Shown in pieces: positions 21,981 to 32,200 of a stretch of 64,000 nt of DNA (within the stretch, counting starts at the first letter, position 1; each line of letters begins with the position of its first letter). The notes under the pieces are model-generated. The model was given only the letters and a program-made list of their open reading frames with translations. It made no database searches and was not told the origin of the DNA. The stretch comes from Tortispora ganteri. Its lineage: Eukaryota. The position numbers were made by a program, and so were the translations under genes. Location: positions 372,001 to 436,000 of the forward strand of contig PPNB01000003.1 in NCBI GenBank assembly GCA_003707115.1. The letters run 5' to 3'.

Positions 21981-22715
21981 ATGATCGTTGACGGTCAAAA
22001 GTTTGCTTGCGAAACTTGCATCAGGGGTCATCGCGTCTCCTCTTGTTCTCACTCTGATAGGCCACTTATAAAAATAAACCCCAAAGGTCGACCATTAACG
22101 CAGTGCAAACATTGCCGTGATCTCCGAAAACTAAAAAATGTGCATAATTCTTGCACATGTGGCCCTCATACTGCTAAATGTGATCTTGATGAGCACAGCT
22201 GCACCTGTTCTCACACACGCCGCAACCGACAGTCGCGGTCGCGCAAAGATATGTACAGCTACTCTTTCACGAGTACCGGCGATTATGGAACCCCTCAAAT
22301 GTTTGCAAGAGCTACTAGCGCTCCAACCAACATGTCAGCATTTCCTTACACATCATCTTACTATGAACCGTCAAGTCTACCTGCTCATTACGGTTCTCGA
22401 TCCGAAATTTCCGAAATTTCCGATACCGCGGTCAATATACCTTCATATAACGATATTATTCGGAATCACGGTATAAATGTCACAAATTTACCTACGGAAT
22501 CTGCTCATCACTTGCCCAGGAGTAGTTATGAACTGCCTTACAACAGAACTCAGATCGAGTACACTGCTGCTTCTTTATCTGGTTCAGACACTCATTCAGA
22601 GTCACCGGAATCCTATCTTTGGTACGATTCCGATGTACCGCCATTGGAAACCAGAGAAGGTTTACATACTTATCCAGACTATCTATCTGAGCACTTTTAT
22701 CCAGACACTGCATAA
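21981..22715 (+). CDS. Copper-fist transcription factor (Ace1/Haa1/Mac1/Cuf family)
   Basis: KFACETCIRGHRVSSCSHSDRPL...KGRP..QCKHCR N-terminal module plus a second Cys/His cluster. Confidence 0.9.
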   Translation: MIVDGQKFACETCIRGHRVSSCSHSDRPLIKINPKGRPLTQCKHCRDLRKLKNVHNSCTCGPHTAKCDLDEHSCTCSHTRRNRQSRSRKDMYSYSFTSTGDYGTPQMFARATSAPTNMSAFPYTSSYYEPSSLPAHYGSRSEISEISDTAVNIPSYNDIIRNHGINVTNLPTESAHHLPRSSYELPYNRTQIEYTAASLSGSDTHSESPESYLWYDSDVPPLETREGLHTYPDYLSEHFYPDTA

Positions 22716-23048
22716 CCTACTAACCACACCACTCAATTCCCTACTAGTTCAGCGCACTCAGATTATTACCAGCTAATGGCCAATCCCGATCAAATCGCCT
22801 AGAAATATACTTACACTAGCTCAATCTGGATTTATTTTGCAGCGCGAGTCATTATTTTGTTAATTGATTTTTTTTGTCTGTAGGCCCTCCGTTGATTAGT
22901 TTAAGATAGACATGAGCATCAAGAGAAAAACTATTTTTTTTTTGGTGTACGAAGCTGCAATAATTCATGCTTCATAAACTTTACAAATACGGAATAAACC
23001 AAGAGTCTGGTTCTGTTATTCGTTGTAGTCTCACCTTGCATATAGGTC

Positions 23049-24773
23049 TCACTCAAATTTGATGGTCGCCTTCAGCGGGCTGTCATTCGTGTCAATCGCC
23101 ATCGATCGAAGTCGGTCTTTCTCCCATGGCGACATACCTGAGAAATCGGTTCCAGAATCATTTCTTATAGGCTTAGATGACAGCTCCACACGCTTTAAAA
23201 AAGATTTCGGATCTGTAGAAGGTGTAGTAAATATATTGCCTCTAATCGTTTTGGCTCGCTCAGGTGAACTTTCAGTTGGTGCTATATATGGCACATGTTG
23301 TTCAACACTAGTATTAAATCGATGTATGATCCCCGCAGGAATATTTTGCTCGTAATCAGGACGAGTAGACATAGTTAATGTATCGTCTTCGTCATGCAAA
23401 TATAGCGAAATTCGCTCATCCGTGATGCTGTACATACTTTCCTGATCATTTTGTTGCAAAGCTGCTAGGCGCAATAAACACTCGAGAAGTGACAAAGAGG
23501 GTTGCAAAAATGGTAATTTATCCGAGTTCAAAGATATTCCGCTTAATGATTCGGTTATTCCATTTTCTATAGTCATGCATTTTCTTTCATCATCACATTC
23601 ATTATTTTCATCATCCGTGCCGGTATCTACATGGCTTTTCCAGAGCTCAAAAGCAAACCATTCAATGTTAGTCAAATCGTTAAACCTGGAAACTTCGGGT
23701 TTACTGGTCTCATCAGTTTTCTGAAAGTACTTATTAAGTTTGAGAATCAAAACTGGAGAAGTACAGTCATCAACTTCTAGGAGTTTTCCTGACGCAGAGA
23801 AGAAAAGCTTCGAAATGCTACTCACTGAAAGATTTCTTGTGAGGCCTTCTGGAAAGCCATTAGAGGTATTTTTAATTTCAGAATCTTCATGGTAGAGACC
23901 ATCATCAAGATCTTCGCTAAGTTTTAGCTCATAACAGTAAAAACCAGATTTAGATGCATTTGATGGACGAATAGCGCGCCGTAACTGTACTCTACACTTG
24001 GCGTATTCTTCTCGCCAACAATATCGCCATGTTTTGTTTGCAACATTAGTTGAGGTAACAGTGTAAAGCTTTAGAATGAATTCAGGTCCAACATTGATGT
24101 ACACATCAGAGGAATACTTCTCAGCCGGCTTCAATGCCGCGAAAGCTTTAGTATTTGTGTCGCCTATGTATTTTGCAGCTTGTAATAGTCGGCTAGGAGA
24201 AATAGTTTTGGGCAAAGAGGCGTTAAGGGTAGCACCAGAAATCGTTAGAGCTAAGGTTAGTAGCGGTATAACATCGTCAAGCTTCGCGATTAAAAGTTTC
24301 ATACGGTTTTCAATTTCTGCAATATTTGCTTGAGAGAATTTGCTCAAAATACTATCGTCCAAACTTCTGTCGACATACATGTGAAACTGATCAATATCAG
24401 ATCTCAAATCATTGGCTAGTTCGACCGCACTGTCTATTGACGAGTTGCCTCTTGCTGCTACTAACTGTATTAGATCAGTAGCAGGAACCACAATATTGAT
24501 TTTTAGCCGCAATTTCTCTTTTAAGAATCTCAATGATCTTGTCTCTGATTCAGGGAGTTTCTATCGCGTTAATAAACCAGTGTTCACCACTTTACTGTCT
24601 ACACTTACTTCTGTATACTGTCCGATAGCTTTAATAGCATATGCTGATGCTAGCGAGAACCCTGATTTTATTGCAAACGAGACAGCCTGTGTCCCTGCCT
24701 ATTATTGTTAGATAAAGTCACAAAATTCATACGAATGTCTCTTTATACTTGCTTTGCTAAGAAAATCGTCCAT
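23049..24773 (-). CDS. YRB30: RanGTP-binding protein Yrb30-like; 3 exons (24773-24753, 24698-24609, 24560-23049)
   Basis: Spliced N-terminus MDDFLSK-AGTQAVSFAIKSGFSLASAYAIK matches the family start; IVVPATDLIQLVAARGN, ISPSRLLQA, EDLDDGLYH, KLFFSASGKLL motifs; introns 24699-24752 and 24561-24608. Confidence 0.85.
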
Positions 24774-24976
24774 TAAAAGGAGTCATGCAGTACGCGGTAA
24801 ACACAAACAATGCCGCGTCGATGTATTATGCTACCCTCATAACCCTATACTAATATCCCAGAAAAGTAACTCATAAAACCACCATTAGAAAAGTTTCTCT
24901 TTTCGTCTGTGCAAGGACAAAATCTTCCATTCTTCTTCGACTTTTGTTTTAGAAATCTGGTTTTCATAAAAAAACA

Positions 24977-27097
24977 ATGACCGATAGAAACCCAACTGAC
25001 GAAGAATTAGCTCGACAAGCCCAAAACTTGAACTTGAATGGTCAACAACAGCAGTATCCCAATCAACAAGGTCAATACGCTCAGTATGGCCAATACGTCG
25101 GTCAACAGCAAGGATACCAACAGTACCAACAATACCAACAGTACCAGCAACCTGATCCCTCACAGTACGGACAATACGGACAGTACGGACAGTACACCCA
25201 GTATGGTCAATACCGTGTAGATCCTGACTCATCCAACCGTGGAAACTCCTATAATCCCCCATCTGGCAACATGCCTCAGTACACCATGCCTCCTCAGCAG
25301 CAACAGTACACTGGAAACCCTTATATGAACTATACTCCATCTGTGGCTCCTGCAGATTCAGGCGCTCCTGCGAAGCAAGAAAAACCCCCGATGACTCTTG
25401 AGGAATTCACTAAGCAACAAGCAGCAGCAAAGCCTAAACCCGTCGCAAAAGCTCCCATGAAACTTAAGGCAGGCGGTTCTGGAGTCTCAATCAAAATTGG
25501 AAGTGGAAAATCAAAATCTGTTTCTATCGGTGGTACGAAGTCTGCCGCTAAGCCTGCTACTGGAACTGCAACATCTGAAACTGCAACGGCACAGGCTGCA
25601 CAAAGTAACGCCTCTGCTGCTACTGAAGGCTCTTCCCAGTCATCCACGCCTGTGCAATCAAAGCCTTCGACCCCTGTCAACAATGCTCCCGCAAAGTCAC
25701 AATCTACGGACACCCCTGCTGAGTCAGCTGCTGAGGCAGTGAATGCTGATCAAATCGTCACGCAGCAAGCCGCAGACGTAGACGAGGCTCTGTTGGAAGA
25801 ACTGTACAACGAAAAGGACCATTTGAGTATTATATTCATGGGTCACGTCGACGCTGGAAAATCGACAATGGGTGGTAATATTCTTTTACAAACAGGCGCA
25901 GTGGATAAGAGAACAATGGAAAAGTATCAGAAAGAGGCTAAAGATTCAGGGAATGAATCGTGGTGGCTTTCATGGGCACTGGATACAGATAAGGACGAGC
26001 GTGATAAGGGAAAGACCGTAGAAGTGGGACGTGCTCCATTTGAAACTGAGAAGCGCAGATACACTATTCTAGATGCCCCGGGACACAAAGCATACGTTCC
26101 GAACATGATCGCCGGTGCTGCGCAAGCCGATATTGGTATTTTGGTGATTTCTGCCCGACGCGGTGAGTACGAGACGGGATTCGAGCGAGGTGGACAGACT
26201 AGGGAGCATGCAATGCTTGCTAAATCACAGGGAATTGATCGTTTGGTTATTGCTGTTAATAAAATGGATGATATTACTGTGGAGTGGTCCAAGGAGCGTT
26301 ATGATGAATGCACGACCAAATTGTTGAATTTTTTGAAATCTTTAGGCTACAACAAAAGTACAGACGTTACCTGTATGCCTGTTTCTGCACAGACTGGTTA
26401 TGGATTGCTGGAGCGAGTGCCTACAGAAGTTTGCCCATGGTACAACGGACCCTGTCTTCTAGAGTTTCTGGACAATGTGTCGCTCACGGATCGAAAACTG
26501 AGAGGGCCTTTCATGATGCCTATTAGCGAGCGGCGACGGGATATAGGAACTATCGTTGAAGGCAAAGTTGAAAGTGGAGTCGCTAAGAAAGGAGACTCAT
26601 TGCTCGTTATGCCAAACAAAGTGCAGGTCGAGTTACTTACTATTTACTCTGAGACTGAAGCCGAGATCAACAATGCTGCATGTGGCGAGCAGGTGAAACT
26701 CAGAATCAAGGGCATCGAAGAAGAGGACGTGCAAATTGGATTCGTCCTGTGCTCTCTTGCGAACCCTGTTCACACTGTAACTAAGTTCGAGGCACAAATT
26801 TCGTTTATTGACCTGAAGTCAATTATTACAGCTGGGTACTCGTGTATGATGCATGTTCATACTGCTATTGAAGAGGTAGTATTTGCTGAATTATTGCACA
26901 AGTTAGAACCTTCAACTGGCAGAAAAAGCAAGAAACCACCACAATTTGCCAAACAAGGTATGAGAATTATTGCTGTTTTACAAACTACGCAGAATATTTG
27001 CTTGGAGCCGTTTTCTGAGCATAAACAGTTAGGAAGGTTCACTCTTAGGGACCAAGGTATGACCATTGCTATCGGAAAAGTGACCAAATTGCTTTGA
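24977..27097 (+). CDS. SUP35: Translation release factor eRF3 with Q/Y-rich N-domain
   Basis: GHVDAGKST, DAPGHK, NKMD GTPase motifs; LGRFTLRDQG C-terminus; low-complexity N-terminus. Confidence 0.97.
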   Translation: MTDRNPTDEELARQAQNLNLNGQQQQYPNQQGQYAQYGQYVGQQQGYQQYQQYQQYQQPDPSQYGQYGQYGQYTQYGQYRVDPDSSNRGNSYNPPSGNMPQYTMPPQQQQYTGNPYMNYTPSVAPADSGAPAKQEKPPMTLEEFTKQQAAAKPKPVAKAPMKLKAGGSGVSIKIGSGKSKSVSIGGTKSAAKPATGTATSETATAQAAQSNASAATEGSSQSSTPVQSKPSTPVNNAPAKSQSTDTPAESAAEAVNADQIVTQQAADVDEALLEELYNEKDHLSIIFMGHVDAGKSTMGGNILLQTGAVDKRTMEKYQKEAKDSGNESWWLSWALDTDKDERDKGKTVEVGRAPFETEKRRYTILDAPGHKAYVPNMIAGAAQADIGILVISARRGEYETGFERGGQTREHAMLAKSQGIDRLVIAVNKMDDITVEWSKERYDECTTKLLNFLKSLGYNKSTDVTCMPVSAQTGYGLLERVPTEVCPWYNGPCLLEFLDNVSLTDRKLRGPFMMPISERRRDIGTIVEGKVESGVAKKGDSLLVMPNKVQVELLTIYSETEAEINNAACGEQVKLRIKGIEEEDVQIGFVLCSLANPVHTVTKFEAQISFIDLKSIITAGYSCMMHVHTAIEEVVFAELLHKLEPSTGRKSKKPPQFAKQGMRIIAVLQTTQNICLEPFSEHKQLGRFTLRDQGMTIAIGKVTKLL
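25112..25213 (+). repeat. 9-bp coding tandem repeats (QQY and QYG units)
   Basis: caacagtac/caacaatac and cagtacgga/caatacgga arrays within SUP35. Confidence 0.85.
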
Positions 27098-27446
27098 TAT
27101 GAACATCCTACATTTAGAAGATAATACATAAACCAATTTTTTTTATTTTTCTTATCTTTTTTTATTGCCAACTTGTTACTCTACGTTTCTATTTACGTAA
27201 TTATTGTAAACAAGGTTGCTACTTGGTCGAACTGCGTGATATCATGTCGATCCATGTGACTTCATTGTAATTGACCTTAATTAATGCGGATAAAACGTTA
27301 TTTAGAAAAGTAAGTTTATTCAGAGACTAATTGCCGCACTATCACGTGATTTTATGCCGCCTTAAACGTAAAGTACATATATATTACGTCACAGCTGATC
27401 ATTTACGCCTGGCCAAACTTTACATTTGGCCCAGTATTTATAAAGG

Positions 27447-29078
27447 ATGCGTACTTACAATATGCCAAAAACCGTAACAATGACTGACGATTCAAAAAGC
27501 CACCCTGTACTTGATATTCCGGATCAAACCGATGTACTAATCAGTCGACTCAGTGACTGGAAAGGTATAGTTGAATCTTTGATCAAATATGTTGATCAGA
27601 CGACGGCTATGCAGAAGGAAGCTACAACCAATTATACTAAACTATGCAAAACGATGACTGATATTCCCAAGTTTGATTATGGTGCAGAAACAGGTTTAGC
27701 AGCTGCATCTGATACTTCCGACCCGACTAATACAAATTTGAGCCAGATTCAAAATCGTACTTCGGCTGAGCTTTCACAAACTACATCAGTCCGATCTACC
27801 GCCGATGCTTCAGCCACAACTCAAGGTGGAAAAGGCCTTGCAGGGTCTTTTATAATGTACAGGAACAAACTTGATGAACTTGTTAAACTCTCTGGCGAGA
27901 CAGAGGCAAACCTTCAGAAAGTTGTCCGACCGCAATTGGACAATCTGCTTAGTAGAGTGAGCGAACAGACCAAGGAAGTCTCTTCAAGAACCGAAGTTCC
28001 CAGAAAAGAACATACTAAATGCAACGAAATTGTTTTAGCCGCAATTGATCAACTGAGTGAATCTGTTAACCACTCAAATGTCATTAAAGCCAGTGACGCC
28101 AAACGTGACCCTTACCTAGTCCAACGCGAAACCTTAGGAAAAATTGACGCTCTATTGCAAGCAGAACACGTTTATCAGAAGGTTCTGAAAGCTTTGCAGG
28201 ATCAACTGGAGACTTTTGAGTCTAATACTGTTGAATCAATTCAACGCACTATGACTGAACTCGCCAATGTATTGCGTCAGTTCCACGCCGCGGAAATTTC
28301 TGGCCAAGACGCTGCCAGCTCATATCTTTCTGCGGTCCCTCTCAACTTTGAGTGGAATTCGTTTTCGAACCGTACAGATGTGATTGTCACATCTGATTCC
28401 CCAAAACGTACCATAAAGGATATTTCTTTTCCTAATTTGAACGCTGCCATTACTTTGCCTATTGCTGATGGTATACTGAGAAGGAAAGAAGGCACGCTCA
28501 AGAAGTCATATAAGAGTGGATTTTATGTATTGACACAATGCAAATTTCTCCACCAATATGAGAACGAAGATTATATTAATGCTGCAACCCCTGTTTTTAG
28601 CTTGTATCTTCCTGATTGCACTCTAGGACCTTTGGATGAAACTAGCCCTAAGCATAAGTTTAAGATTTCGGGCAAGTCGGCCCTAAAGACATTGACCGCG
28701 AAACATTCTTTCTCTTTCAAGGCTAATTCCGCTCCTGAACTAGTTCGCTGGTACAAGGCTATTGAAGGCGTGATGACTGGAAAGGATGCGGCACAAAACG
28801 TTGTTCCTGCACAATCAACACTTGGAGACGACGAGAAAGCTGCTGAGATTATTGACCAACAAGGCGGCGTTACTGCAGCAGCTGCTACAAGCAGCGTTGA
28901 CCCGAATATCACATCTATGGATTCACCTATCTCAGCAACATCTTCTGAAGCATCCCCCATCTCCCCTACAGCTCCCGAGCCAGTCACTTTGAACACTGCA
29001 TCTAGTTCTAAACCCACTGTTGAGACAGATTCGGTACTAGCTGCAAGGCTTGCCACTGAAACCATACATTCAACCTGA
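27447..29078 (+). CDS. BAR-PH domain protein (Slm1/Ask10/Rgc1-related)
   Basis: Helical region with RL..WK and DPY motifs, then PH domain G.L.RK...KSYKSGFYVLT..FLH...SLYLPDC...W. Confidence 0.8.
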   Translation: MRTYNMPKTVTMTDDSKSHPVLDIPDQTDVLISRLSDWKGIVESLIKYVDQTTAMQKEATTNYTKLCKTMTDIPKFDYGAETGLAAASDTSDPTNTNLSQIQNRTSAELSQTTSVRSTADASATTQGGKGLAGSFIMYRNKLDELVKLSGETEANLQKVVRPQLDNLLSRVSEQTKEVSSRTEVPRKEHTKCNEIVLAAIDQLSESVNHSNVIKASDAKRDPYLVQRETLGKIDALLQAEHVYQKVLKALQDQLETFESNTVESIQRTMTELANVLRQFHAAEISGQDAASSYLSAVPLNFEWNSFSNRTDVIVTSDSPKRTIKDISFPNLNAAITLPIADGILRRKEGTLKKSYKSGFYVLTQCKFLHQYENEDYINAATPVFSLYLPDCTLGPLDETSPKHKFKISGKSALKTLTAKHSFSFKANSAPELVRWYKAIEGVMTGKDAAQNVVPAQSTLGDDEKAAEIIDQQGGVTAAAATSSVDPNITSMDSPISATSSEASPISPTAPEPVTLNTASSSKPTVETDSVLAARLATETIHST

Positions 29079-29244
29079 TAGTTGAGTAAGCTTTCTGTGC
29101 TGTCCTTGTCTTGTTTGTTCATAATATATTACTAAGATAAACGCGTAGAATTGTTTCATGCGATACAAAAGCATTAATAATCTTCATGGCGTTATTATTA
29201 TATATGATTACCGTAATTCGATATTAGCATTATTAGATACAAGT

Positions 29245-32200
29245 TCATTTGCATCCGCCCTGAGGTTCATGATTATGATATTTCCAGTCATTGAACTCAT
29301 TTAATGGAGTCACGAAGGTGTCATTCAAAGATGGAACAGATATCTTATTGATGTTGACTGGTGACATTGAATCTCCGTCAGTGGCCAAGCAGGTAGTATC
29401 TTGAAGCGGAAGCTTTAGGGCATTTTCAACTCGCTCTTTAGCATGCTCAGCAGGTGACAGAAATCCATTTAGTTGTTGCGGAGCGGTAATAGATTCAGAA
29501 GACGAGTTTGCCAAATAATCAATTCGCAACACACTATTAGAGCAGTTCTTGCCTTGCGATTGGATATCGTTAACTGAGAGGCTGACTGTGTGAGGTTTGT
29601 CATTAGATAGGTCGTTCACGCAAGTGGATTCTGACCTAATAGGCAGCACTTGATAGTATGCAATGCCGCCTTCATTCACCAACGGCATAGGGATATCCGT
29701 GCCCTTGGAGAGTTCATGTATCAGCAGTCGGACTTCGTTAAATTCTGGGATGAAGAAGACTCCACAACCCAACATGCGCCTCAAGATCAGTTTCGCTTTT
29801 GTAAGATCGGATTTAGCAGTAGCATCCTTGATAGCGTTACGTATTGTTATAACACTGCTTTCAGATGAAAAAAACAATTTGTTCAGTAAGGATGCAGCTG
29901 ATGGACGACACCTTAGAGTTAACATTTCCTGATACCATGACCTTATAAAATCATAGGTCGGGGATTTAGGGCCTCGCTGAGAATCCATTCGCCAATCACA
30001 CACGGGACATTGGAATGAACCTCGTCTTGCTTGAACTTCCTTGCGAGTAGTACCAACACATTTGACATGATACCATTCATGACATATGTCACATTCGACC
30101 ATGAAACCATAATCTGGATTTGCACATATGCAAAAAATAGATTTAGAAGTTTCAGAGTGCATTTGAGGCACCGATGAACCTTCATCAGTGACAAAGTTGC
30201 AAGTCTTAGATAACACTATAGCGTCATTGTCGGATGTCTCTAAAGAAGCAGCAGCAGTTTCTGTAGGGCTTTGCCGAGGAAGAAGCTTGAAATTTGGAGG
30301 GTGCTCTTCTATTTCAAAGTCTTTTGTATCCAGGCATCGTTCCAAATCAGTGAGTACTTTCAGTATCGCATTATCAATCGCTGAATGAGACGATGAGCCC
30401 AAAAGCCTCGGAAACACGCTCCTACCTTTGCGCTCCCAAGTTTCAACTGCTTTGATTTCACTCTTTAAAGTCCAGATACCAGCAGAAGCAAATACATGAT
30501 CTTTTAAATTCTCAACAAATATCCGGACATCATCATAGAGGGGTCTCTTTTCAAAGTCCAATTCGCATAAACCATTCCTAATGTCCGCAAAAGTATAGCC
30601 TGTCCGTTCTCCAACATCCACTATTCTGCGCAATAGATCAAGAGCAGTAGTGTCTGTCGGTAAATCCTCTGCCTGAGATAGTAGTTCATCAATCTGGTTG
30701 AAAGTCCAATTGCCCATTTTCAATTCTTCCACTTGCTCCTTCCAAGCGAGAAAAGTATTGTAAATATCAAGAAGGCGCTTCATATCATTGTTGTCTTCTT
30801 CTACTCCATATTTTTTACCATTTTCAATCAAAGCACAAAAGGTCTGTACTGTCATTCTCTTGGGAACGACCTGTTTTATGGAACTAAACCAGTCGAGACG
30901 CTCTAGGCGGACCTTTAGTAATCTAGCCTCTTCTAAGTCCACACCGTTGCTCCTGCATTCTTCCACGATAGATGATATTTCATCTCGCGTCAAATCTGTA
31001 CTATTTAGAGCAGCTATTGCATCTTGTCTTAGTCTTCTGATATCTTCTAAACGGGAAAGTAATTGTTCAAATTCAGGAATCTCAACAGACATGTGCTCAT
31101 ACTCTGTGACCATATTCTCAATGTCCGTTAAAGTGTATGTAGCTGTGGAATGGCTGGAATCATCAGGAGAATCACGATTAGATGGCTGTCTCCAAGCCCT
31201 TTCATTTTTGCGACGATTGAACAGCTTTCGCGAAAGAAAGTTAATTACATTCTCAGTATAAGCGTTAGCCCTATCAACGAATATTCGCAGCGTAGCAACT
31301 TCAGGAATAAAGATTGGAATCTTTTCTCCTGCTGCCAATATAGTTTTCAGTTTCTTTAGAGGGATTCGACCAGATGAAGCCATGGTTCTTCTGAAATCCA
31401 TAACCCACTCTCTCGGTTGATTAGCGATAGCAGCTGCAGAACTTTGGATATCCATCAATTCCTCATCAGTCATTCTTATATACCAATAAACATCTGATGA
31501 AATATCGGTCATATTCGACAACTTCTTCAATGCATGTTCCAAGCAATACTTCGTACCAGCAAGGTCAACAAATGAAAGATAGCACCAATAATTGCACACA
31601 GAACAAGAAACTTCATCAAATAGCAAATTATTCTTTCCAATAATTATCGGTATCAGAGTAGGGTATTTTCTTCCAAAGGGAACTCGCCATCTCATTTCAG
31701 TATCAATGCATACCTTGAGCGCCGGAGCAAGCCATGTCATAGTTTCAATAGATTTATCCTGATAATAACATTCTAGCAGCAGTTTTGAGTGACAAAACAC
31801 ATTTTGCTTTGCGTAAGATTTGTACAACTGTACAGAATACGCTCCAAACGGTTCCCAATCATACGGAGCAAAATTGACAGCTTCGTTGAAATTGAATCCT
31901 TGGTTAAAGCCCGCATGATATGCCCGAGGAAAGGTAATAACAAATTCGCCGGGTCTTTGGTTAACGGCGTAGCATTTTGTACCATTTCGTAAAAGTTGCC
32001 GAGGACTTGCAAGCGTTACTAGCTGAAACAGCAAATCAGGCTGGCGTTCAAAGAGTTCGGGATAAGAAGTTTTGAGAAGATTTTCAAATTTATCAGCATC
32101 TGAAGCTGGTATTCCATACCATGTTTTTGTTGCTCCAAAATGCTGATAGTTTGCAGAATAACACATGTGATCTTCGACATGCCAGCAAAATGTTGAGAAC

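Noticed and set aside
24885..25340. 151-aa antisense ORF with VRT/VGT repeats
   Set aside because: Shadow of the SUP35 9-bp repeats.
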